The notes beneath the pieces are model-generated. The model had not been told where the DNA came from. It saw only the letters and a program-made list of their open reading frames with translations, and made no database searches. The position numbers and the translations under genes were made by a program. A stretch of 64,000 bases of DNA from Lama guanicoe (taxonomy: Eukaryota), in the NCBI GenBank assembly GCA_013239625.1, contig MU053594.1:1395654-1459653 (forward strand), in the 5' to 3' direction. The first letter of the stretch is position 1. Every line of letters starts with the position of its first letter. Positions 23,450 through 36,126 of the stretch are shown piece after piece.

Positions 23450-23970
23450 CCATTCAGCCATTCATTTACTCAACAAATGTTTTTGGGCACTTCAATGTGA
23501 TAGGCATTGTGTCAATAATACTATAACATTTAGTCCTTACCTTCAAGGAACTAGCCTAAGAGGAAAGTCAGGTACTTAGGGCAGTAGAATTTAAAAAAAA
23601 AAAAAAGAAAAAACAAACACCAGGATAATGAAGCAAAGCAGCAAAGAAGATGCTGCTCTGTGCTGTGCAGACAATAAATGCCTTGGCCTTCAGAGAGAAG
23701 AGAGGGCAGCATGGGCCGAATGAATGAAGAAAGACTTCTTGGAGGAAGGCTTGGAGGAGGCAGAGAGTGAGGCAGGGAAAGGATGTGTACTTGGTGAACA
23801 GTGAGTAAAGCAGAGAAGCCAAAACAGGGAATTGACGTGCGGTGGTCAAAAGGCGTAGAGAGGATGCATAGAGCTATGTTTTTGAAGGCTGGAGTGAGGG
23901 ATGTAAATTTATCTCATGGACATTTGGATAAAGAGCTTCCCAGATGGAGAAAGGCTGGAGGCAGGGACTG
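23450..23970 (-). mobile_element. L2 LINE fragment
   Basis: cattcatttactcaacaaatgtt...gtccttaccttcaagga...aagacttcttggaggaagg. Confidence 0.6.
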
Positions 23971-24884
23971 CATTATGGTGTGTGGAGTAGAGAGTGCCTG
24001 CTCCGCCTGGGTGACCCAGCCTCCTTGACCCTCAGCTCTTGTTCTGAGCACTTACCACAGTAGAGTCTGTGAGACAGGGTGTGGCGACTTCACGAATAAG
24101 GAGACCCATTAAAACAGCTCATCTTCTGGGTGACAGGAAGTTTGGAGGGAGAATGAAAAGGGCAGAGAGCCAGGGGTGGGTGGGACGGAAGGCAGCAAGG
24201 CATAGCACAAGCCAAGCTTCCAGCCCTGGGAAGGCTGGAGGCAACCACAGCCATGAAGACTCTGGATACCACCGGTGAGATCACCAGACGCGAGCACCCT
24301 GGAGGCCAAATGCTCCCAAGCTGAGGAGTCTAGGAAAACTGATTTATGAAGCATCATTCTTGAAAAGAGGCTGTTGGGCAGGTGCTCTGTAAGAGCTGAG
24401 AGGCTCTCTTCTCATGGGGTCCAAGATCAGAAGCAGCCAAGCCAACTAGAGCATCAGTGCAGACACTGAGAAGGGCAAAGCTGGCCTCAGTTCCCTTCCA
24501 GCAGGGCTGAGGGTGGTAGTGGGGAGCTGAGCAGTGGGTGTAGTGGCTGCTCCAGGCTGTCAGCCTCATCAGACCGAACCGGAAATATCTGGAGCGCAGT
24601 TCTGAACCAATGGCCGGTGAGCCCCCCATTCTATCTGTCCCACCAGATAGGAACTGTGCCCCATGGAGCAGAAACAGCTCACATGTTTTTTTCACTATGA
24701 GAAAAAAACAACTAGGACCTGGGAGGTGGGGGTGGGAAGAGATCAGAGGACTTCAGCGAAGTCCCAGCCCAGGAGAGGTCAAGCCCCAGGGAAAGGCATT
24801 CTTTAAATCATTCCTCCGAGGGATCTGAATGTCACTGGTTACTTCCTGGCAAGAAGAGCTCCCGGAAACTCTTGGAAATCATTT

Positions 24885-25110
24885 TTTCAATGCTTTACAG
24901 TTTACAAAGGTCTTTCACTTACGTTTTCCCACTTAACCACCAACACAGCTCTTTGAAGTAGATTAAACAGATAGTACTCTGCATTTTACAGATGAGAAAA
25001 TGAAGAGTCAGGGAGGGCTGTGTCTTGCCCAAGCTCACACAACTCATGAGTGGCAACGCTGGGCTTTTATCAGTGGCTCCTCCCCTCTCAGCTCTTGTTT
25101 CTCTATTAAA
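24885..25110 (-). mobile_element. MIR SINE
   Basis: gctttacagtttacaaagg...cattttacagatgagaaaa...cttgcccaagctcacac. Confidence 0.7.
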
Positions 25111-25534
25111 CCACGTGATCTACCCTACAGTGACTCTTGGATTGGAGGGGGCAAGACAAATCCTAAAAACTAAGAACCCCAATTGGTCACCGTGAGTGCA
25201 CACTAATCTTCTGGGAGAAATAGTTTAGGCAGTTTTAGGGTCATCCACTTAAGGAAGAGATTTGGATCTAGAGGTGAGCTGAGATCCGTGAAATGTATTG
25301 AATGGGCAGGGCATGGCATGTATCTATTTAACATTCATTGTTTACTCATCCATTCATTCTACAAATGTTTCTGAAAGTCAGGTACTAAACCAGGCAGAGG
25401 GACATAATGAGAAGCACAGAAGACACAGTTCCTACTCTCAGAATTTAAATTCTAGTAAAGATTATAGAAAATAAGCAACAACAATGAAAAAACCCTCTGC
25501 ACTATGCTAAGTGTGATGAAGCAAAGAGATAAAG

Positions 25535-26432
25535 GACTTCCAATGAAGACATACAAGTGGCAAATAGGTACATGAAAAAATGTTCAATATCATTAATTAT
25601 CAGAGAAATGCAAATCAAAACTACAAAGAGTTATCACCTCACACCAGTCAGAATGGCCATCATTCAAAAGTCCACCAATGATAAATGCTGGAGAGGCTGT
25701 GGAGAAAGTGGAACCTTCCTACACTGTTGGTGGGAATGTAGTTTGGTGCAACCATTATGGAAAACAGTATGGAGATTCCTCAAAAGACTAAAAATAGACT
25801 TACCATATGATCCAGCAATCCCACTCCTGGGCATATATCTGGAGGGAGCTCTAATTCAAAAAGATACATGCACCCCAATGCTCATAGCAGCACTATGTAC
25901 AATAGCCAAGACAAAGAAACAACCTAAATGTCCATCAACAAATAACTGGATAAAGAAGCTGTGGTATATTTACATAATGGAATAGTACTCAGCCATAAAA
26001 AAGAATAAAATGATGTCATTTGCAGCAACATGGATGGACCTGGAGATTGTCATGCTAAGTGATGTAAACCAGAAAGAGAAAGAAAAACACCATATGGTAT
26101 CACTTATATGTAGACTCTAAAAAAATGACACAAGTGAACTTATTTACAAACTAGAAACTGATTCAGAGACACAGAAAACAAACTTATGGCTACCAGGGGG
26201 AAAAAGGGTAGGGAGGGATAAATTGGGAGTTTGAGATTTGCAGATACTAACTACTATATAGAAAACAGATTAACAACAAAGTCCCTCTATATAGCACAGG
26301 CAACTATATTCAATTTCTTGTAGTACTCTAAAATGAAAAAGAACATGAAAATGAATGTATGTGTGTATATGTATGACTGAAAAATTATGCTGTACACCAG
26401 AAATTGACACATTGTAAACTGACTATACTTCA
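25535..26432 (+). mobile_element. Young 5'-truncated L1: ORF2 C-terminus plus 3' UTR
   Basis: ORF 25557-25985 encodes [36 protein letters not shown] (L1 ORF2 Cys-rich domain); premature TAG at 25983; 3' UTR ends gtaaactgactatacttca. Confidence 0.97.
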
Positions 26433-26531
<99 letters not shown>

Positions 26532-26632
26532 GAAGGAAGGAAGGAAGGAAGGAAGGAAGGAAGAAAGGAAGAAAGACAGAAAGGAAGAAAGGAAGGAGGG
26601 AAGAAAGATAGAAAGAAAGAGAGAGAGGGAGG
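26433..26632 (+). repeat. Compound (AAAG)n-(AAGG)n purine microsatellite derived from the L1 tail
   Basis: About 200 bp almost purely A/G, directly replacing the L1 poly(A). Confidence 0.97.
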
Positions 26633-29600
26633 GCGGGCGGACAGATAATGAGTGAGAAGGTGGGCATGGTCCTTAGATACTAAGGTTAAGGAAGACCTCC
26701 ATGAGGGGGTCTAGCTGGAAAGAGGAGGAGAAAGCAGCTATGTGAGGAGGCCATGGAAGATCATTTGAGGCTCACAGTCTGGGACAACTGATCACACCAG
26801 AGGAGGGAGACTCTGCGGAGTATTGAAATGAATCCAGATTTGCTGGGATGAACAGCCTGGGAGCTGGGGAAGACCGCACAGTGTTGTGTTAGCCAAAGAA
26901 AGAGTTTGGATTTCATCTCAGCACAGTGTATTGAAGGATGATACACAGGTAAACGACATGATCTAATAGATATTTTAGACCTTAACGAGGTCATTCTTGT
27001 TGCTTTGGAGGGACTAAAGAGGGTAAAGTTGAAACAGGAAGCCTAATTCAACAGCTCTGTTGTAAAGTGATGGTGGTGTGGATTGGGCAAGGCAGTGGAA
27101 AAGAGGTAATGAATGCAGAATATAAAATGGAGGTATAATTGACAGAATTTGTCATTGGGTTGGATAGGTGGGGGTTAGAGTAAGGAAAGAATCAAGAACA
27201 ATTTCTAGAATTCTACTCTCAGTAATTGGATGGGTGGCAGTGACATTTATTGAGATGGAGCAGACAGGTTGAGAGGAGGTTGGAGTGAAGACATGGAAGT
27301 GAAGCATTCTTGTAGATGTGTTAACTAGGCGATGTCAGTAGGACATTTGGGAAAATAGGTGAAGGAGGTATTTGGATATATAAGCCAAGAGTTCAGATGA
27401 TGGGGCTGGGTTGGAGATATAAATCAGATAATTACCAGAAGATATATAGCATTTTACAGTCATGGGGATGAGTACATCTAGAAAAAGAATGAAGAAAATA
27501 AAAAAAGAGGGGCTCCATGATCCAGCCTCCAGGAAGTCCAGCATTGAGACGTCCAGGAGAAGAGGACAATCCAGCAAAGGAAACCAGGAGTGGACAGTGG
27601 GACATGGAGGAAACTAGCAGCTAAAAATCAGAATCCACAAAGAGCTACACGTTTCAAGAAGATGTAATCAGTGGTGTTAAATTCTGCTGAAAGGTCAAGA
27701 TGTGGATTAGTGTGGCCACATGAAAGCCATCAGTGACTTTGAGATGAGGAGTTTCAGTAGTGTGGAAGCAGAAGCCAGATGGGCAAGGGTTGGGCAGTAA
27801 CAATGAGATGTGAGACTAAAACAAACAACCCCTTGCCCCAACCAAACCAAACAAACAAATAAAAAGGAAAAGACAAACAAATAAACAAAAATCATACCGG
27901 TAAGATCAAAGAAGGTTATCACGTTTGATGTTTTCTAAGTTAGCAACATGCCTTACATGATACGAATGACTTGGCAGAGTGGAAGAAATTAATGATGCAG
28001 TGCAGTCAGAGGATAACCAAAGAAACACAATCTTTGAGAAAGTGAAGGAAGATAGAACCAAAGCATCTGAGGAATTGACCTTTAATAAGGAAGAGATATT
28101 TCCTCCACTGCAGTACGAGGCAAGGAGAAAATTGTTGCTGATGCAGGTGGATTTGTGGGTTCAGTAGAGAATTAGCATCCAATAGTTTCTATTTGCTCAA
28201 AAAAGATTGAGGTCATCAACTGAGAATGAGTGTGGAGTAAGGGAACGGGGAGTTTGAAGAGAGAAAGGAAGGCGTGAAATGATTATCTTCAGAAATGGAG
28301 AGTGAGTTTACCAGAAGGACAGTGTGGAATGGTCAGGTAGCGATGGGCACCCAGTTGAAATATATCGTCATGAATGTAATGGAAAAACAGTTTGTTTTGT
28401 GACTTCCGCCACTAATGTTCAGCTACGTGGGGGCAAGCACAGAGAAAGAAAGCAGTGATTAGAAGTCCAACAGAGGAGTTTTGCAAGACAAGTTCAATGG
28501 AGGGAGAGAGGAGCAAAGGAGTTGAGAGTGTTTGTGAAGGAATCATGAGGATGGACCAGAGAATCTGGGTTGGACAAGAAAGGACATAAAGTTAGGTGGA
28601 TGCTAATATAAAATGGGAAATGAATGTGGTTAAAGGATTAAGAGTCTCCATGAAGTCAAATATTCATGATGGAGGAGTTATCTATGTAAGAAAAGATGGA
28701 GCAAGAGGAGGTGGGTTGGAAAATAGTATGTTTGAAATTGAGATTTGAGAAGTGGTGTAGTTTCTGTTCATTGCAAACCCCAGAATATAGACATAGGAGT
28801 GAGGGGACCAAAGAAGAATGGAAGAAAATGTGGCTGGTTGGGAGAAGGTCAAGGAGCAGAGAGGCCAGATGCTGAATGGCTCATCCCTCTGCTGAAGTTT
28901 GCTTATACTTTGTTTAGAGGAACAAAGTGGAAGTTTAGAGTGGAAGATGTTTACAAACACATACCTCGAAATGGACCCACCATCTTTGCAAGATGTAAAT
29001 GCCCCACTTGAATTAAGAAGCATGTGTATGATCTATTCCCAGGTTAATCAAGCTTGTCCTTTACGGCTGTACGACCATCAGTTGTGGTGCTCTTTATGGA
29101 ACATCATGAAATATGGACATATTAAACTTAAAACAGTGCAACATAAAAATTTTGCAATATCAGACACCATCTAATGCTAGATTTTAGTTTAGGTAAGTGG
29201 AGTAGCTGGTGTCAAAGGCTTAAGAGGATGAAATTTAAAGTAGAGGAAATTCGATCCATTAACTTAATGTTTTCCAAATCCTGGGAAAAGAAACCTCTCC
29301 CTCATTGCTCATTTTTAGCTTGAGAATGGTCTATACCTGATGTTCATCCAATTGGGTCTTCGGGGCTCAGACAGGGAAGGGAGAGAGCTGGTCTAGGAAA
29401 GAGGAGCTCTCTGAGGATTTCCACCTGCAGGATTTAGTAATAAAGGGAGACAGAGCTGCTTCTTGGTCCTCGGAGAAGGGAGTCTGGGGAAGGGCTCTTC
29501 CATTCACATTTTGACACGGATCAAAGAATAACCCAGGAGAACGTCAGAAAATTGACTGAATCTTTATACCCGGCACACATTTGTTGGTTTTATTACCCAA

Positions 29601-30652
29601 ATTCTTTTTTCCTATTAACTCGTGGTTTAAAATCCCTAAAGTGAGAGATATTATGCATATGCTTCCGACCCTGGGGAAATGAGCGATAATCTCGGAGGGT
29701 GCTGGAGAATGACTTCTGTGGGCTAAGTTCCATCATTTTTAGCCTATTTCCATTCTCTGTGGTCTGCTCAAATGGCTTATCTGGGTCAAATATTCTGTAA
29801 CATGAGGCAATTAAAAATGGAAAAGAGGCGTATTTATCGCATGCGTGGACAAAAGGAAAAGACAGAGAAGGCCCCAGTCTCCCAGCACCCTCTCATCTAT
29901 TCCGAGCCTCTGAGTAAACAAAAGACTCTCAGAAATCTAGGCTTATAACAGACCTGATGGAAGAGGCTGATGAGAGATAGAGAAGTATGGAAACTCAAGC
30001 CTTCATCCTGACAGGAGGGGCCCAACGCCACCCCCCAGCTCCCAAGGACACCACCAGAGCCCAGACCTCCTCCCACCCCTTTCTCAAATCCCAACTTTTG
30101 ACTTCTGGGGATGTTCAATAAATCAAAATACTCTTCTGCTGAGTCACATGGACCACAAAAAAATTATTTCAGCTCATACATTTGGAGCTACTCTGCAATC
30201 TTTGGACAGTCTAATGGCCTTGACTTCTGTCTTTTCCCAAGAAGGCAAATACCTACAGAGAGGGTCCCTGTGTACAAAGTTCACAGAGTGAAATTTCTTC
30301 AACTTGTCCTTCTTAACCCTCAAACAATCACAGTAATCAACACAGTAAAACAATCACAGTAATAATGTGATTTCTAAAAGACATCTTCTACTCGAGAAAG
30401 AAAACCCTGAAAGTTAGAATAGGCTGTGGCAGGTGTGAGAAAAGGACAAAAGGCCAGTGGAATCCCGGAGTCTGCAGGAAGAAAGGGAAGCCAGTCTGAA
30501 ACGGGCCTTCACCAGCAGGAGGCTGGTGCATTTCTCCCGACGGGAACAATGACGACCTTTTGTGGAATGCATGAATCTGAGACCTGGGGAAATAGCAGGT
30601 GGCAAATCTGAAAACAAACGCCTTCCCCAGCCCCTCTAAAATGGGAAATTAT

Positions 30653-31180
30653 TGTGGCAGGAGGGAAGGGGCAGGGCACAGCCCCTCAAGGTATGACACA
30701 GCAATTAGCACCAAGATGGCAGAGAATTCAACTCCCGATAGACCTTGAGGAACAAGATGGCGGGAGATTTGACTTCCAGTAGACCTTGAGCTTCATTATA
30801 CACTCATTGTAATGTTAGCCTGGTGAATGACACACCCATAGTCACCATGACAGTTCTGATGCTAACTGTGAGAGGTCAAAAAGTGGGCAGTGGCCCAATT
30901 CCTAGGAATCTCCACCCCTTCCCCAAAGTGATTGCAATGATCCTCCCACTTCTTAGCATATGAAGCTACCAAGCCCATAAAAACCAGCCTTCCTAGATGG
31001 CCCGCACTCTGTCTATGAAGTGTACATCTCTGAATAAGTCTGCTTTTACTCAACAGTGGCTCACTCTTCAATTCTTTTCTGTACGAAGCCAAGGGCCCTC
31101 ACCTGGCAAGGCACATCCCAGGGCTCAACGGAGACCTGGGCACAGCCATCCTCTCTTGGCCCCCATTTTGCCTGTTATCA
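30653..31180 (+). mobile_element. ERV1 solo LTR, MER41-like
   Basis: TG...CA ends, flanks attat/tttat; colinear with 17510-18108 (gggcagggcacagcc, gaccttgagcttcatta, ggtcaaaaa.tgggc.gtggccca, cccataaaaacc). Confidence 0.85.
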
Positions 31181-31604
31181 TTTATTGACTTTCCTGGCCT
31201 AAAATGCTCCTTGTGTGAGCTCTGGGAATTGTGTGTCTAAAACTTGAAGAAGTAGAAAATTAGAAAAAGCTTAGAAGGTGATGAGAGTTGAGATAAATGG
31301 AGAAGGGGCTTTCTGTGTTTCCCCCAGTCCATCAGAGTTCACTGCTGTCATGACGAACGGAGAGAAGGGTGGTCAACTTGTCCTTTGCAACTCTACTTCT
31401 GGGTTCCTGGCTTCTTGCCTCAAACAGCCCCCTCTCCGAGCTGTTTCCAGTGTCCTGGTATAGCCTGGACATTGACAGTGTGGCAGATCTTCCTGCAAGA
31501 TGAGACTGTTGCAGTCTGTTCGGGTTATGTGGGTTTAGATACATTCACTTCATACTCTGCTCAGGCCACCAGTGGTTCAGGTTTTAAATTAACACTGAGA
31601 CTCA

Positions 31605-32405
31605 CACACATTGTAGGAGTACAAACTGGTACAGGCTTTTTAGAGGGTAGCTTGGCAGCATGTACCCAAAACCTCAAAGTGACTGCAGTCTCTTGGAAAC
31701 AGCAAGGAATGTTCATGTTCTAGGAATTTATCCTAAGGAAGTAATTAGGCGTGTGCCAGAAGATTTCATAGCAAGGTTGTTCATCTCAGCACTGTTTATG
31801 ATCATGAAAACTTGGAACTAGATTTCATACCCAGCAACAGGGGCTTGGTCAAATAAATTGTTCACATTCAAAGATGGAGCATTAGGCAGCCATCAAAAAT
31901 TATATAGAAGGGGGGAAGGGTACAGCTCAGTGACAGAGCGTGTACTTAGCATGCACGAGGTCCTGGGTTCAATCCCCAGCACCTCCATTTTAAAAATAAA
32001 TATATAAATAAACAAATATACTCAACTATACCTCAATTAAAAAAAAAAGATTATGGTGCTTTTATGGTTGGGGGAGGAAATAAATAAATAAACCTAATTG
32101 CCTCCCTCCCACCCAAAAAAGAAAAAATATGCCTAAAAAGATAATATTGAAGGGAAATATTTATTAACTTAGAAACTGATTTGTTATATGTGTTAAATGG
32201 GAAAAAAAAGATCACGAAATATTATTTACAAAACATACCATTTGGGTAATCTCTACACAAATGACTAGAAAAAGACAAACATTAAGCTTTTAGCAGAATT
32301 GTTGCTGGGTGGTGAAATTCTGAATGTTTACAGTTTTTGTTTCCTGTTTCATCTGTGCTTTCTAATTTTTCTGCAGTGAACAAATACTGCTTTTATAAAA
32401 AGGAA
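31605..32405 (+). mobile_element. Ancient L1 3' end (L1ME-like), interrupted by a SINE
   Basis: aaactggtaca..ctttttagaggg, ctaggaatttatcctaagga, gttcatctcagcactgtttat and ttctaatttttctgcagtgaaca. Confidence 0.75.
31910..32125 (+). mobile_element. tRNA-Ala-derived camelid SINE with a 64-bp insertion in its tail
   Basis: Head agctcagtgacagagcg...gggttcaatccccagcacctcc; tail aaataaacctaattgcctccc is displaced by 32014-32077. Confidence 0.9.
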
Positions 32406-32649
32406 GATATATTTATCTTAATAAGGTTTTCCTTAAAAATTTAAAAATACATTTTCTAAGGCAAATCTCCCTTCCTTCCTTCTCTCACTCCCACTTCCCC
32501 TCCCCAAAAGCAAGCTCTGTTCAGATAACTTTTCAATGATATTCTGTGCACATATAAGCATATGCAGTAAAAAATATTGTTTCCCAAAACCGCTGGCTGC
32601 TAAAAGAAGGAGCTATATCTCAGGTTGCTCTTCAATGACCTCTGAGGAG

Positions 32650-32868
32650 CAGGGCTGGGACCAGGGCGGAGAGAGTGACGAGTTTGCCTCAGGCTCAAAA
32701 CTGAAGAGATTTATCAAACCCTCGGTCATCAGGATAAAGAATATGCTAATGCAATCTTTGAAAAGTCAAAATCAATGCAAGAAATCCACGAAGAACAAAA
32801 TTAAGACAGGACCAATGTTACTGTTTTTGCCTTTTGCCTCAGGCTCCAGCATGGCTCTGTCTGGCACC
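32650..32868. mobile_element. hAT MITE (MER96B-like)
   Basis: cagggctgggaccagggcg...tgcctcagg..caaaa start; ccttttgcctcaggctcca.catggctc end. Confidence 0.65.
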
Positions 32869-33139
32869 CTTTCTGTCAGTGACACAGAAAGGGGAGAATG
32901 TTGGGGGAGGGGAAGGTCAGAAGGAGACTGCCTGCGCTGGATCAGACACTTTCTGTCCCTTCCTGTGGCGGATGGAACCGCCTGTCCCACTCTGGATGGA
33001 GGCAGCCGTCTGCCCCCTGCCCGCAGCACGCTGACCTTCCTACCCCATCCCTCACTCCTCCACGGGGACACCAGTGTCACCTAAGCTGGCAGGGCTGGGA
33101 GGAGAACTGGGCCGCATGGCCAGCCGCTTCCTCCCACTC

Positions 33140-33703
33140 CTCGTGAGCCATTCCCCCTTGCAGTAAGTTTGTAGGAGCTGGGCACAAATACCTCTCTCTC
33201 TCTCTGGGAGTTACCTCCCTCTGAGTTGAGGGAAGGCCCCTGGCAGCCATGTTCACACAACATGGCTTCACCTCCTGGTCAAAGCGGATTCAGTCAGGGA
33301 GGAGACCTGACCACACTGGGTCAGCTAGTCTCTGTGCACTCTGGAGGTAAGATCCAAAGTGACTGAGTTGGTCTGTGTGGACTTAGGGCAAAGGGAGAGC
33401 CAGTTCAGTCTGCATGGCCGGCTGGGCCCATGAGAGTGGGTCCAGGAGTCCAGACAACCTTCCACTCACCGTGGAGGGTACACAGCGGTAAAGCTGGTCT
33501 CCAACCACGCAAGCATGAGGAGAGCTGCGGGGGCAAGAGACGGCAACACGTTCCTTGTGATTTCCAGCCCCTTCAGAAGCCCCGCTATGTTTCTGCCCTC
33601 GGCCTCCTTGAGATGCCCCTGTGAAATTAAAAGTTCCTTTTCCAAGTCTAAGCTAGTTCAGATTATTGCCTGCTGCCTGCACCTAAAAGGTCCTCATGAT
33701 GCA
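33140..33703 (+). mobile_element. MaLR LTR (MLT1K/L-like)
   Basis: cctgaccacactgggtca; 3' end ttcctttt..ctaagctagttcag...tgcacctaaaaggtcct. Confidence 0.5.
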
Positions 33704-33908
33704 GTCACCAGTGTCAGTATCATGGTCATTCGCATCCGCAGTCATAGCATGGCCAAGACCCTGCATACTTCTCTGTCCGCCAGACTGCTTTCCTGTGATC
33801 TGCCACTCCCTTCCCCTCCACAGAGCTGTTCATCCTCTACTTCTTTTCTGTTATAAATCCACACCTTATGAATTAAGTAGGACTGTTTTGCATGGTTTAC
33901 TTCTAAGC

Positions 33909-34320
33909 TGTATTAGTCCCCTCAAGCAGCACGAGCTGCTGTAACAAACAATCCAAATCCCAACGGCTTAAGACAATTAAAGTTTCTTTCTCATTAACAC
34001 AAAGTCCAGTGTGGATATTGCTCACTGGGTATCTGTCCTAGGTGGCTCTTGTCCAAACAGTGATTTGGAGATCTGGGCTCCTTCCACTATGCAATTCCTC
34101 CATCTTCGAGAGTCACTTCCTGCCACAAGGTTGGGGATCGGGTAGAGACCATAGAGGATGGCCCTGAATATGTTATGGTAAGAAGGTCTTGAATAAACGC
34201 GCATCATTTACACTCATATTCCATCCCCAAAGTCAATCACGTGGTTCACCAAGATGCAAGGGGAGCCGTGGGATGCTGTGTAGGTGTGTGTCTGGGAAGG
34301 AGAGGACAACAGATTCTCTA
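33909..34320 (-). mobile_element. MaLR LTR (MLT1I/J-like)
   Basis: tgtattagtc...gctgctgtaacaaacaa...ggcttaa...aaagtttctttctca...atcacgtgg...tgcaaggg. Confidence 0.7.
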
Positions 34321-34434
34321 TCAAAGGGAAAGGAATCATGTCTAACTCTAGGGCAAAGTATGCTGCTTCTAGTTCTATGACCTCGGGAAGGTCACAGCCT
34401 CTCATTTTTCTCATCTTATAAAATTAGAGGGTAT

Positions 34435-35115
34435 ACATCTGTTGTTGGAACTATGTTCTTTGGAACCCTAGACTTCAAAACAGGTGCCCTAGAGAGAGTG
34501 GTGAGCTGGAACCAGCTGGTACTGGCTCCCAAAATGGACTGCTAAGTTTGATGAGATTTTGTTAGCATGTTGCTAAGTGAAGCCATTATTAACATTAAAT
34601 CACAGGTATACAAACGTATCATTAAATTATATTTAAAACAAAGGTGATAGATATTCAGAATTTATCACTCAGTTGTTTCATCACATTGTATTATATCTAT
34701 AGTCTTGAAGTTGTTTACATCAATTGTATGTTTATGGTGAAAATAACATACAACAGTGCGCTTCTGAGCAATAGTCCCAACTTCACGTTCAGGGACATCA
34801 CACTGGTAGCTTGAAATCAGTGGAAGTAATTACACCATGGGAAACTGAAAATGCTACAGATCAGGGCTCCCCCTCTCCCGGGCCAGCTGGAATCTACTTA
34901 CCAGTACGTCACTGCCTAGGGCCACAGAGGATGGGAAATGTGGACAAAGCTGTAAAAGAGACATTGGAGCCAGAAATGCCCAGGGCCGTGTCGCCTCCCT
35001 CCTATGTCAATAAGAGGCCACGATGGTTTTGTTAGTTTTATATACTGTGCTTCCATGTAAGCTTTCATTAGACAAGAGTATTCCACTGCTTAAAAAAAAA
35101 GCTTTCTGAACTCTG
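34435..35115. mobile_element. hAT-Charlie MITE (MER103-like), interrupted by MER63
   Basis: aactatgttc..tggaaccctag 5' part; ttttatatact...ttccatgtaag..ttcatt...ttccactgcttaaaaaaa 3' part. Confidence 0.5.
34496..34914. mobile_element. hAT-Blackjack MITE (MER63B-like)
   Basis: agtggtg.gctgg / ccagtacgtcactg TIRs; internal agccattattaa and ggtagcttgaaatc; 8-bp flanks cctagaga/cctagggc. Confidence 0.8.
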
Positions 35116-35699
35116 AACTACAAGATATATAGGGTCCCTTCTCGCCCATTCATTCTTTCCTTCATGCATTCACTTAACATTTACTGATGCTTAACTTTTA
35201 CAAGGTAGACAGGGGAACAACTTATTTGAAGTCAATTATGATACTAATGCTCCACTCTGTTCCCAGGAAAGGGGAAAGAAAGTAAGAATTAACAGATACC
35301 TTGTGCCTACAGTTTAGAGGCAATCTCAAGTCTCTCTCATCACACCTACAGAAAAGGAAAAGGAAACCTAAACAAGTTGAGTGACCCAGCCAAGGCATTC
35401 GTGCAGAGCAAGCAGGAGTGGAGACCCCAGAGTTACTGTGAGCAGCGGGTCTGGAACCCAGACTGCCGGCTCCCTTTCCAATGCTATTTTCCCATGACTT
35501 TTCTGAGAAGTGGGGCCAGGGATCAGGGGTTGGACAGCAGATCCAGGAGCACTGAGTATTCTGTTCTCACTCTGAGCCTCCAGCCAACTCCAGAGTTCTC
35601 CCCAATCTCTGTTGCTCAAGTCCTCTTTCTCCCCAAGCCCACCACCCACCGCAATTTGGGGGCTCCTGGTGGTCAATACAAGGTACAGCTCTCTTTATA

Positions 35700-36126
35700 T
35701 ATATTCAGGGAGAGAATTGGCTTATTTTAAGGAATTGACTCACACAAGGCAAGGGCAAGGGCTGCCAAGTCCAAAATTTGTAGGGCTGGTTGGCCACCTG
35801 AAGATTCCAGTAAGAACCAGCGTTGCAACCTGCGTCCAAATTTCTCCAGGCAGCAGGCTGGAAACTCATTCAGGATTTCTATGTTGCAGTCTTGAGGCTC
35901 AATTGCTTCCACTTCTGGAAAACTCAGTCTTTGTTCTTAAGGTCTTCAGCTGATTAGGGAAGGCCCACCCACACCATGAGCGTAATCTGCTTCACGTGAA
36001 GTCTACTGACTGTGATGTTACTCATATCTAACAATGACCTTCAACAGGCAACACCTAGACTGGTATTTGACTAAACAACTAAGCACCAGAGCCTAACCAA
36101 GTTGAAGCATAAAATTAACCATTACA
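35700..36126 (-). mobile_element. ERVL LTR (MLT2C/D-like)
   Basis: ttattttaaggaattgactcacaca...caagtccaaaatttgtagggc...aggcccacccacac...caagttgaagcataaaattaaccattaca. Confidence 0.85.

Larger units (their letters stand above)
25330..28885 (-). mobile_element. Long L2 LINE (25330-25530 and ~26650-28885) interrupted by a young L1
   Basis: Antisense L2 3' end cattcattctacaaatgttt; long purine-rich antisense body (aggaagacctccatgagg, gaaagaatcaagaacaatttctag, ggctgggttggagatataaat, gttaaattctgctgaaaggtcaag). Confidence 0.75.

Noticed and set aside
25557..25985. 142-aa ORF with a Cys/His motif as a host gene
   Set aside because: It is the L1 ORF2 C-terminus in a truncated copy with a premature stop.
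26287..26667. Lys/Glu/Arg-rich and Phe/Leu/Ser-rich ORFs
   Set aside because: They are translations of the (AAAG)n tract.
30322..30363. 16-bp local duplication aaacaatcacagtaat
   Set aside because: An ordinary slippage-type micro-duplication.
17510..31180. Two same-orientation related LTRs as the ends of a 13.7-kb provirus
   Set aside because: Each has its own flanking duplication, they differ structurally, and the interval holds old MIR and L2 elements with no gag/pol/env.
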